Below are positions 1 to 8,600 of a stretch of DNA of 24,384 nucleotides, piece after piece (position 1 is the first letter of the stretch; each line of letters begins with the position of its first letter). The notes under the pieces are model-generated. The model saw nothing but the letters and a program-made list of their open reading frames with translations. It made no database searches and had not been told where the DNA came from. The DNA is taken from positions 1-24,384 of the IMG/VR virus record IMGVR_UViG_3300030433_002113. The stretch is one strand, 5' to 3'. Origin of the DNA: a virus. Taxonomy: Duplodnaviria > Caudoviricetes. The position numbers were made by a program, and so were the translations under genes.

Positions 1-221
1 AAAGCATTGTCTCTTGTGTCTGTTTCTGTTGGATCTGGACTCAAAGAGCAGGTCTCAACATTTATTGTATATGTATTTGTTAAATCAACCTCTAGTGTCA
101 CTAGCTGAGCAGCAACCAATAGGGTTGTTTCTATTCTTTCGTCAGAAAACTTGTAAGATGTAGAATCAACATCATCAATCAAGTATCTAAGTATAGTTGA
201 CATTTGACCTTGCCAAGACAT
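1..221 (-). CDS. 5' part of a probable head-tail adaptor / neck protein (runs off the window)
   Basis: Not in the ORF track; translated by hand from ATG at 219-221: MSWQGQMSTILRYLIDDVDSTSYKFSDERIETTLLVAAQLVTLEVDLTNTYTINVETCSLSPDPTETDTRDNA... with no stop. SD GGAG at 228-231 abuts the upstream stop. The R-x-L-I-x-D...F-S-D-E-x-I pattern resembles head-tail connector N-termini. Function is inferred. Confidence 0.6.
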   Translation of the reverse strand, partial: MSWQGQMSTILRYLIDDVDSTSYKFSDERIETTLLVAAQLVTLEVDLTNTYTINVETCSLSPDPTETDTRDNA

Positions 222-231
222 ATTTTACTCC

Positions 232-543
232 TTAAAGGTTACAATGTACTTTGAATGTATGAATGTCTGTGTAAAAAGTCCCACTAGTCAAAACTACTTT
301 GCCTTGTAATTTATAATTTCCTGCTTCGTCAAGATCTCCGGTTACGCTGTCATAATACATAACACCTGATGCAGCACTGCCATCAACCAATGTTGAAGCC
401 GTCCTGTTAAGAATGGTATCGCTTGGTTTTCTAAAACTAATCGTTAGGCCCGAGGCTGCTGACAAATCAACCACGGAACCATCATCTTTTATTGTTACTT
501 GGAATCTAGTACCTACATCGTTTTGATGAATTTCGCTCGCCAT
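232..543 (-). CDS. Small virion protein, BppU N-terminal-like beta-sandwich (103 aa)
   Basis: Pattern IHQNDVGTRFQVTIKD-G-VVDLS..ISFRKPS..G-MYY..GDLDEAGNYKLQGKV resembles BppU-type upper-baseplate/fibre-anchor domains. SD-like AAGGT upstream. Confidence 0.6.
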   Translation of the reverse strand: MASEIHQNDVGTRFQVTIKDDGSVVDLSAASGLTISFRKPSDTILNRTASTLVDGSAASGVMYYDSVTGDLDEAGNYKLQGKVVLTSGTFYTDIHTFKVHCNL

Positions 544-547
544 CTGA

Positions 548-616
548 TTACCTTTTAAGTTCTACGTCATACTGTCTTTGTATACTCATGTCGAATTCTA
601 ATACTACTTCTGGCAT
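548..616 (-). CDS. Putative 22 aa microprotein MPEVVLEFDMSIQRQYDVELKR
   Basis: ATG 614-616 overlaps the TAA of the upstream ORF (TAATG). It is open to TAA at 548-550, 4 nt before the next ATG, so it fills the gap exactly. Confidence 0.55.
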   Translation of the reverse strand: MPEVVLEFDMSIQRQYDVELKR

Positions 617-825
617 TATGATTTAACCTTTTTTGATAAAACCAATGTGTTATCTTGCCTTTGCTGTATACTTAAATCCTTTCCGAGTGTTTGTGATATT
701 GAACCAGTCAAGTCTAGTCCTTGCTGTATGAAAAGCGTAAAGTAATGCCTTTCAACAAATCCCGCCTGTACAATCGTAACTGTTGTACCAAATGGCGACG
801 ACGAAAATGGTGATTCGGAAAACAT
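616..825 (-). CDS. Hypothetical small virion-associated protein (69 aa)
   Basis: Coupled to neighbours by TAATG overlaps at 825 and 616. The MFSESPFSSSPF start resembles MF-x-x-x-x-F-S-x-x-P-F N-termini that I recall from phage structural proteins. Confidence 0.65.
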   Translation of the reverse strand: MFSESPFSSSPFGTTVTIVQAGFVERHYFTLFIQQGLDLTGSISQTLGKDLSIQQRQDNTLVLSKKVKS

Positions 826-1055
826 TACGACGGATCTGAAAGCCCCACTGAAGTGTCCAAGCCTGCCGCAGCTTCAGCCTTGGCTTTAGCTATTTCGTAA
901 GCTCTTACATTATCAGCTAGGAACTCTCTAACCACCTTATGTGTAAATTCGCCCTTAGTTTGTCCGCTTTCTTCAGTCCAGCCATAATTTTCACAGATAG
1001 CATTGAAAACTCTATCTACGTCATTATCGCTTATTTCTAGGTTGAAAATCGCCAT
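825..1055 (-). CDS. Hypothetical protein (76 aa)
   Basis: SD GGAG about 7 nt upstream of ATG; downstream of a GTGTATA motif; helical-looking sequence. Confidence 0.75.
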   Translation of the reverse strand: MAIFNLEISDNDVDRVFNAICENYGWTEESGQTKGEFTHKVVREFLADNVRAYEIAKAKAEAAAGLDTSVGLSDPS

Positions 1056-1089
1056 TTTTTACTCCAAAAATAATTTCTTTCTACAGTAG

Positions 1090-1096
1090 TATACAC
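1090..1096 (-). promoter_or_regulatory. Putative late promoter motif GTGTATA (copy 1)
   Basis: Minus strand AAGTGTGTATACTACTGTAG, about 35 nt upstream of the 76 aa ORF. The same heptamer occurs in three other intergenic regions. Confidence 0.6.
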
Positions 1097-1117
1097 ACTT
1101 TTCTTCTACTGTCTTTA

Positions 1118-1957
1118 CTAATCTCCGTACTCAAGGTCTCTGAGACTGGTTATTTGTACGTCATCGAACGAAGCTATAGACTTTAATCTTTCATTAATAT
1201 ACAAAAACTGATCTTCACTGGTAAACGCCGTTGGTGTAAGTAAGTGGGGACTACTCTTGTATCTAAACAAGAAACTCCCTAACTGGGATGCCGTAACCAA
1301 GCTATAGTAGTTCTTAAGAATTTTTCTATAGTAATGCTCTATCTGAACTTCAGACATATTAAGAACATCACTAAGGAAATCTACATTGTTTGACTTAAGC
1401 CAAGACAGGCAAAATGTAGATTCAGCCGTTAAATACTTATAAGCACAATTTTCTTTTATGCCTAATTCTGTCATCTTAATTCTTTGGTTTTTCTTATACG
1501 GCTTGATCATTTCCAAAGATTCTTCAAACATAGAGATTAAAGATTCCTTCTTACCCCCAAATATATGATCTGAGGGGTGAAGTATAACCCCTTTTCTGAA
1601 TAGGAAGTTGCATACCGTAATTTTATTTGCATTTTCCTTTACTGATTTTATAAGTTCAGCTGAGTCAGTGAAATACTCATCGGCTCTAACCTTGACTGCC
1701 AGTTCTGTTTTACATTCCCTCAGACCGTTTAGCGACGTTGTTATATGGTAGCTAATATTTTGAAAGTTATAGCCATTTTCTTCAATGAATGGATTTATAA
1801 CGATTCTGTCCGCTTCATTGGCTGCCGCCTGTATTAAGCCAGCGGGGTCTGTATTCCAACACGACACAATAACATTGCCAGACTGTTTAAGAATTCTTAT
1901 TGTTTTTATAGAATCGGAGACAAGCGGCCCCTGCATAATAAATGTTACTTCTTTCAT
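1118..1957 (-). CDS. WavE lipopolysaccharide-synthesis family protein (279 aa)
   Basis: Recognised motifs in WavE order: TFIMQGP, VIVSCW, NI-Y-I-TSLNGL, KTELAVKVRADE, HPSDHIFGGKKESL, AE. ATGA overlap with the upstream gene at 1954-1957. Confidence 0.75.
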   Translation of the reverse strand: MKEVTFIMQGPLVSDSIKTIRILKQSGNVIVSCWNTDPAGLIQAAANEADRIVINPFIEENGYNFQNISYHITTSLNGLRECKTELAVKVRADEYFTDSAELIKSVKENANKITVCNFLFRKGVILHPSDHIFGGKKESLISMFEESLEMIKPYKKNQRIKMTELGIKENCAYKYLTAESTFCLSWLKSNNVDFLSDVLNMSEVQIEHYYRKILKNYYSLVTASQLGSFLFRYKSSPHLLTPTAFTSEDQFLYINERLKSIASFDDVQITSLRDLEYGD

Positions 1958-3354
1958 ATCTTCCTTGCTCTAAAAAATATCCAGTTCGGATGTTTATCCC
2001 CCGGCCCAGCCTCTCTTATCCAATGCCGAAAATCAGTAAAACCACACCGTTCTAAGTCTGCGCGTAGTTGGTCTGGACTTTCAACATATACATCTGTTCT
2101 TCCATTTCTTCTGCCAGCATTAACGTTGTCTCTATTGTATGGAACAGCCCCAAGTTTACCCTTTCCAAAGCCCATCTGAGCTGTAAAGTAACCTCCAGTT
2201 TTTAACACCCTGTAAAATTCTTTAAACAGAGAAAATCGTATGCGATGAACGGCTATATGCTGTAGTGTTATAGTACTCATCACAGCGTCATATTTCCAGC
2301 CCTCTATTTCACTTAAGTCTTTACCGTTGGTCTTATATAAAATATTGTCGTTGTATGTTCCTTTATGTTGTAGCCAAGCCTTTGCATGATCCAAGTTGAT
2401 ATAAGATATATCTACACCATCGACTCTTTTAAAATTAGATGAATATTTGTCTAGATTTCTACCCGGCCCACACCCGAAGTCAAGGACTAAACACTCAGAG
2501 GCTAACGATAAATGATTAGCGTTTCCATGAAAGTCAAACATACCCTTAAAGAGAAGGTCGTAGTCTTTCCATGCATTTTGACGATCAAAACAACCTACAA
2601 CAAAATCTCTTTTATTTATAGTCCAAAGTGACGCCAGTTTATCGTAAGAATGTTTCTGCATATCCAAATATGGCTCTGACGAGTAAAAGGTTTTATATAC
2701 ATACTCCTCGCTATTTTTGATATACTCCTCTACTTCGCTATCAAAGTCTATTACTTTGCTAGCCAAATCGCAAGAAGCCCCTGTCCTTACTGGTGGCATA
2801 CTTTCAATGATAGTTCTGTCAAAAGACTCCTCTGCTATCTCCAGAAAATCTATAAGGTCATTTTTTAAATTTTCAGTTCTGCCTATATAGTCAACACATG
2901 GGAATAAACCAATTGGCGCTTTCAAGCAGTCAATATACCGTCGTGTTACGTAGCCTTCTTCAAGACTAAAAACAAACTCTTTGAATGACATTTTTTCTGT
3001 AGGGGCTTCTCTTTGAGTGTGTTCATGGATTTGACGTGAAAAATCATCATACGCAACAGGGGCTTGGTCATAATTTACAAGCTCTGGCCAAAACTTTTCT
3101 ATGTATAGACTTTTTAAAAAATCAACTGGATCTCGCACAAATGCAAATGTTAGTTTTTGATCTGTTAATTGCTTGTGCTTACGTCTAACAGATGACAATG
3201 TAGCATGGCATGTCTTGCCCCATATCTTTTCTCCAATAGATATTTCTCTAGAGTCCTTTTCCATGCCCATGGATGCTTCTAAGGCTCTTCTAACCCAAGT
3301 TCCGCCAGTCTTTGGTATGTGTATAAAAATACTGTTGTTAAGTTGCATCGCCAT
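1954..3354 (-). CDS. Fusion of a PAPS-dependent sulfotransferase (Sulfotransfer_2-like) and a class I SAM-dependent methyltransferase (466 aa)
   Basis: N-half: FIHIPKTGGTW (5'-PSB loop), FAFVRDP..KSLY (3'-PB motif), DYIGRTENLKNDL. C-half: VLDFGCGPGR (motif I), VDGVDIS, YDAVMSTITLQHI, FKEFYRVLKTGG. Confidence 0.85.
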   Translation of the reverse strand: MAMQLNNSIFIHIPKTGGTWVRRALEASMGMEKDSREISIGEKIWGKTCHATLSSVRRKHKQLTDQKLTFAFVRDPVDFLKSLYIEKFWPELVNYDQAPVAYDDFSRQIHEHTQREAPTEKMSFKEFVFSLEEGYVTRRYIDCLKAPIGLFPCVDYIGRTENLKNDLIDFLEIAEESFDRTIIESMPPVRTGASCDLASKVIDFDSEVEEYIKNSEEYVYKTFYSSEPYLDMQKHSYDKLASLWTINKRDFVVGCFDRQNAWKDYDLLFKGMFDFHGNANHLSLASECLVLDFGCGPGRNLDKYSSNFKRVDGVDISYINLDHAKAWLQHKGTYNDNILYKTNGKDLSEIEGWKYDAVMSTITLQHIAVHRIRFSLFKEFYRVLKTGGYFTAQMGFGKGKLGAVPYNRDNVNAGRRNGRTDVYVESPDQLRADLERCGFTDFRHWIREAGPGDKHPNWIFFRARKI

Positions 3355-4247
3355 TATAAAGTCACCTGTCCAGAGTCTATTTTATTTACGGTAAGAACTT
3401 TAGCGGCTGGCCTAAGACTCAAAGGCAGCCTAATGTCCATCTCTCTTTCTATGTCTCTCACTTGGTCAACATTTATTGACAGTGATTCAGACATGTCCCA
3501 ATAAGGCACATTGTATTTTCTCTTGTATAATATCTCATTGTATTCTTCTTCAGATCCCTCATTGTGAACTATATCAATGCAAGATATTCTCTCTGAAATA
3601 AAATCATCAGTGCACTCAGATAGGTCACAGCTACAAGTGCACGCTAAGCAGGCTGCGTCGTCATGGTCGTCGTGATGTTCATGGTCGTCATGATGGTCTT
3701 CACAAGCGTGCTCACAGCAATTTATTGGCAAAAAACGTTTTTTCTCTATGTCAGCCAGTGGCCAATTTACGTGGTTTGACTGTAAATAATATGTGTGAGT
3801 TTCTATGTCATTCCATATATCGTTGATATCTAAATCATGAAACTTTTTAGCTCCGCCGTACCAATATTCTAGCCCAGAAGATCCAAACACTTTATGTCTG
3901 CTACTCTTAAGCTTTTTAGAAAGATAGTCGTAGGCGTGAATTGACTCACCGTCTTCATCTAATGTCGGACTTAGTGTTTTTTGTTGGCCGGTCTGTAAAT
4001 TAGTCCTGACTACTTCGTTTGAGTTTACTCTTTGAAACTTGTAGATGTGAGTTTTTTCTAAGAACTTTATCAACAGCGGATCAGCAACTCTTAAGCCAGA
4101 TGTTGAATCTAAATCAAAATTTGTTATGTGGCAAACATGTTCTGCATGGCAAAAATATATCTGATCCATAGAAAAGGCTTGCACAATATCGCCGTCTTTA
4201 TAGGAGGTAGGTGAAGGGCCATCTCCAGCTTTTACTAAAATTTCCAT
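3354..4247 (-). CDS. Hypothetical protein with a His/Asp/Cys-rich tract (297 aa)
   Basis: Long ORF; AGGA SD overlaps the upstream TAG; TAATG overlap with the next gene; contains CCEHACEDHHDDHEHHDDHDDAACLACTCSC. Confidence 0.8.
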   Translation of the reverse strand: MEILVKAGDGPSPTSYKDGDIVQAFSMDQIYFCHAEHVCHITNFDLDSTSGLRVADPLLIKFLEKTHIYKFQRVNSNEVVRTNLQTGQQKTLSPTLDEDGESIHAYDYLSKKLKSSRHKVFGSSGLEYWYGGAKKFHDLDINDIWNDIETHTYYLQSNHVNWPLADIEKKRFLPINCCEHACEDHHDDHEHHDDHDDAACLACTCSCDLSECTDDFISERISCIDIVHNEGSEEEYNEILYKRKYNVPYWDMSESLSINVDQVRDIEREMDIRLPLSLRPAAKVLTVNKIDSGQVTL

Positions 4248-4256
4248 CGTTCTATC

Positions 4257-5615
4257 CTATGTTAACATTGAAAACAAAAACGTTGGGCCATCAGCTATGA
4301 AGTCAGCACCTATAGCCCAGTTATTGAATATAGTTTCTCCATCAATATCTATATTAACTTTGTTAGTACCACCCAAAGATGCGCCAGCTCTATTACATAC
4401 TGATGCTCTTTTGATATGCAAGTCTTCCGCACCTGCACTTACAGAAACAAAAGCTATTTCAGATAAAGTCTTGTCTTGAAGTGAATCAGTTCCGGGAGCT
4501 TTATATGCGGCAGTAGTTGTTGTATCGTCTGAAAGATTATTGCTTGCATTTTCAGTACTCGATCCATTAAACTTCTGGTATGCTCTTTCATTACTGGCTG
4601 CTCCGTCCGCAACCATTTTTGCGACAATATTGTTTTTTATATTTATTACAGCACTAGCAACATTTCCATAAACTATACCCCACGCTTGTTTTGAAGTGCC
4701 TTGAGCATCAATATTATATATTGTATTGTTGTAGATATTGACAGTGCCAGACCACTGGTTTGTATTAATGCCTTGAGCATTATCACCACCTGTTTCAACT
4801 ATGTTATAAATAATATTATTCTGTATAGTTAAAGTGTCAGAGGAACTCCCCGCACCTACTACATGAATCATAAATGGGCCGGTGTTTCCCGGATTTCCGT
4901 CTTTGTCATGTATAAGATTATTTCTTATAATATTGTTATTGTTAGTCCCTCTCAAAAGAATAGACTTGTTTGTATTTTCGGTGTTCAGATCATTAAGATC
5001 TATATCAATGAATTCTATCGTAAAGTCATCTATGTTTACGTCTATAATAGCATTGTTATGCCCCGACCCAGAACTGGGCTTTACCACAACCTGTTCGTCA
5101 CCAGCTCCGGTTGTTCCACCATGCCTTTCACCATCATAAGCAGTTAGTGTTACTGATGAAAGACTTTGTTTAGTAGTAAAATAAACTCTCGAATCAGAAG
5201 TAAAAGTGCCATCTGCATGACATTCTCCAATTACATCATCACTAGCACCCCAATAAAGATTGCTGGTATTATCGACCATTTCTTCAAATGCGGTTATTGT
5301 AGAGAAGGCTCTTTTAAATGTGAATGTGGGAGGGGCAGAGCAGTATGAATCCGTACAAAGAGCGTATGGTGACTGATTACCTCCAGTACCAGAGATATAT
5401 TTTAATGTGTAGTTGGAGCCGGATATGGCTATGATTAAATATACAAATGCTCCATCGTCGTGATCAGTAGCCGTTGCAAGATCTCCAACGGAGACACTAG
5501 CAGATAAAGTTTTATTCCAAGTAATAACCCAGTCACTACCATCAGCAGAAGATGATGCTGGTACTGCGGTATCTATACTTTGGTTTGATCCTATACTGAC
5601 TGTTGTAGTAGCCAT
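4257..5615 (-). CDS. Right-handed parallel beta-helix (pectin-lyase-like) protein, possible spike or glycan-binding protein (452 aa)
   Basis: Asn-ladder coils NNIIRNNLIHD, LTIQNNIIYNI, VNIYNNTIYNI, INIKNNIVA; C-terminal DLHI..AG..DIDG..WAIGAD typical of beta-helix proteins; no signal peptide evident. Confidence 0.75.
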   Translation of the reverse strand: MATTTVSIGSNQSIDTAVPASSSADGSDWVITWNKTLSASVSVGDLATATDHDDGAFVYLIIAISGSNYTLKYISGTGGNQSPYALCTDSYCSAPPTFTFKRAFSTITAFEEMVDNTSNLYWGASDDVIGECHADGTFTSDSRVYFTTKQSLSSVTLTAYDGERHGGTTGAGDEQVVVKPSSGSGHNNAIIDVNIDDFTIEFIDIDLNDLNTENTNKSILLRGTNNNNIIRNNLIHDKDGNPGNTGPFMIHVVGAGSSSDTLTIQNNIIYNIVETGGDNAQGINTNQWSGTVNIYNNTIYNIDAQGTSKQAWGIVYGNVASAVINIKNNIVAKMVADGAASNERAYQKFNGSSTENASNNLSDDTTTTAAYKAPGTDSLQDKTLSEIAFVSVSAGAEDLHIKRASVCNRAGASLGGTNKVNIDIDGETIFNNWAIGADFIADGPTFLFSMLT

Positions 5616-5641
5616 CTATATTCCTTATCTGCTGTTGCACG

Positions 5642-8600
5642 TTAAGTAGGTATATTTTGTCCAATAACAAAACCGTCATAAGCGTCTGTGCCAGTACATA
5701 AAAATCCAAAGGTGTCTGCTTTGTCGGCGGTTGTGGTTAGTGTGGGGGCAGTTCCACCCGCCCAGTTAATCGCGCTAAACCAAGTAACTGTTCTACTGCC
5801 AGTGCCGTCTTGTATTAATTTTATAATAAAGCATTGGCCGGCAGTTTCATTTGATATAGCCAAAGTCCTGTTCCCACCTAGAGTCACAGTATGTACATTA
5901 GCTTCGTTAAGGTCAAACGTAACGGTAGCGCCGTCGCTATTAGCTTCAAGCGCTGGCTTTGTTGCTTTAGAGAAGGTTGTGGGCTGGGCGAACGTTACAC
6001 CGCCGCCATCAGCTATTGTCATAGCGTTGTCACCATCGCTGTAGTCAATAGTTCTTACTTCAATACTACCAGTTGCTATATTTAAGTCAGTGCCATCAAA
6101 TGTTAAGTTGGCTTCACCGTTGAGTGCATCAGCACTACTAAATGTAGCGATTCTATTGTCTGAGCCGTTTGCTACAGCGGATACGGCGCCTCCACCGGCA
6201 GCTTCCCAATTTGGAACATTGCCATTCATAGTAAGAACATAATTGTCTGTTCCTTTGGCAAGCCTTACATAATTGGTGCCATCGTAATACATAATGTCGC
6301 CTTGAGCATCAGAACCAAGAGCAATCATTGTTCCGTCAACGGCGTTGGCTTGTATAGTAGATGTGCCAGTAACGGCTCCAGTACCGTCAAAAGCCGCAGA
6401 TGTCCATACGACATCCCCGGTCATACCAATGGTTTGTCCTGTTTCTAGTGCCGTAGCTGTCGCTGCATTTCCGGTAGTGTTTTGGTTTAAAGTGCCGACA
6501 GCAAAATCTAAAGTTCCGTCACCGTCTTCGTAGGTAACACTAATGCCAGTTTCTGTATTACCAGTAACCATGCCTCCAACTATATCTTGAACCTGCTCAG
6601 TTGTGAGTTGAGTAGAGGCGATTTCGATAGTACCATTGCCATTTGTGATTGTTACGTTAGAACCCTGAGTCAACGTAGCTACCGCTGGGCCATCAGTGCC
6701 ACCAATTAACAATTCGCCATTTGCATCCATGACAGCAGCAGAAACTGTGTCTGTGCCACTATCTTGCGTTATTAGAACAGCTTTATCGGCAAGAGATGAT
6801 GCTCCAGTTCCTCCGTTGGCTACTGGAAGGGTTCCGGTAACTTGGTCTGTTAAACCTAAAGAACCACCAATGCTATCAAGGTCAAAGTTTCCTTGATTAA
6901 CCGTTAATGTTACATCCCCACCAATAATCGTATCGGCACCAGCAGTTACGGTTAATAAATTATTTGCTGACGTAATATCATCAAGAGCCGTCACTCCAGT
7001 ACCACCATCGCCAATAGCAAGGGTTCCAGTTATGGAACTTGCGTCAAGTTTAACAGCAATCTCGTTACTTTCAAACACAAGGCCGCCATTTGCTTTAAGA
7101 TCGGCGGTGACGGTAACAGTATCAGTAGCACCAACGGCGGTAGTGATACCATCGCCACCAGCAATATCAAGAGTATTGCCATCGGCTATAGTTTGATTAC
7201 TACCACTATCAGCAGTCACAACAAAGTTGTCGAAACTTCCGCCGCCAGCATATGTTTTAATGTCTGATGCGGGAATGGTTTTCATTGTTCCAGCATCATT
7301 TACAATAAACCCGTCACTATCGGCAAGTGTTATACTATCTCCTACAGACGTGTCACCATCTAAAAGGTTAAACTCAGAGGTTGTGGCAGTGGCTCCGTCT
7401 AGTATATTAAGCTCGGCTGCTGTAGAGGTAACACCGTCTAAGATATTTAATTCAGCAGTGGTAGAGGTAACTCCGTCTAATATATTAAGTTCTGCGGCTG
7501 TTGCAGTAACCAGAGTTCCACCAAGCTTTAGTCCATTTGAAGTATCGTGTGATGCGATATCAAAGTCATAGGCACCGTCAGCAAAGGTAGTGTTTCCTGT
7601 AATAGTTATTGTAGAACCATCGGCACTAATACTATCAAGTGCTATATTTCCAACATTGGTGATATTATTATCCCCAAATGACGTAGCCCCAAATGAGCTA
7701 CTACCAGTAGAAGTAATAGCCCCACAGCTAATAGTTCCAATGGTGGCTATGTTTTTAGAACCATCCAAAACAACAGCCTTGTTAGCGGCGGCAGTTCCTG
7801 CTGTAATGCCGTCTAGCATTTCTAGCTCAGTCTCATTAATAGCAGCCGAACCAATAGTTATGCTTGTAAATGTACCGGCGGCAGCGGTGTTTCCACCAAT
7901 AATGCAGTTGTCAATAGTTCCGCCATCAATGTCAGGGCTTGTTAAGGTTTTATTTGTTAGCGTTTGCGACCCCGCTAAAGTAGCCACGGTAGAATCTATT
8001 TCAACAGTAATTGTATTACCAGTAGCGGAAGTATCTACGCCAGTACCCCCAGCCACAGTTAGGGTTTCACTATCTAGATCAATAGCTATAGTACCACTAT
8101 CTGTAGTGGCATCTAAATCTTGAGCAGTTACCTGTGCGTCTACATAGGTTTTAATCGCTTTTGCTGATGCTAATGTATCATCACTGCTGCTCACAGAAGA
8201 TAGGTCTGTGTCTAAATCAGTAATGTCTGAAAGGTCGGTTGTGGCAATTGTAATGTTACCAGTCCCATCAAAAGATTTGCCGGCTATTGTTCTTGCCGTC
8301 TGTAATGCTGTAGCGGTATCAGCATTACCAGTCACGTCGCCAGTTAAATCTCCTACAAAAGCAGTGCTGGTTATTGACGTTGCGCCAGTTACAACTCCAG
8401 CATCTATAACTATAGTGCCATCAAGTACAATTTGCTGACCCGCAAGTGGGGTAATGTTTAAGTCTGTACCGGCTGTCGAGGATATAGTGTTTCCATCAAT
8501 ATTAATATTGTCTACTTGCAGAGCAGTAAGTGTGCCGACCGATGTAACGTTGCTTAAAGTATCTAGTGCGCTCTCAAAATACGTTTCAAAATCAGTCAAT

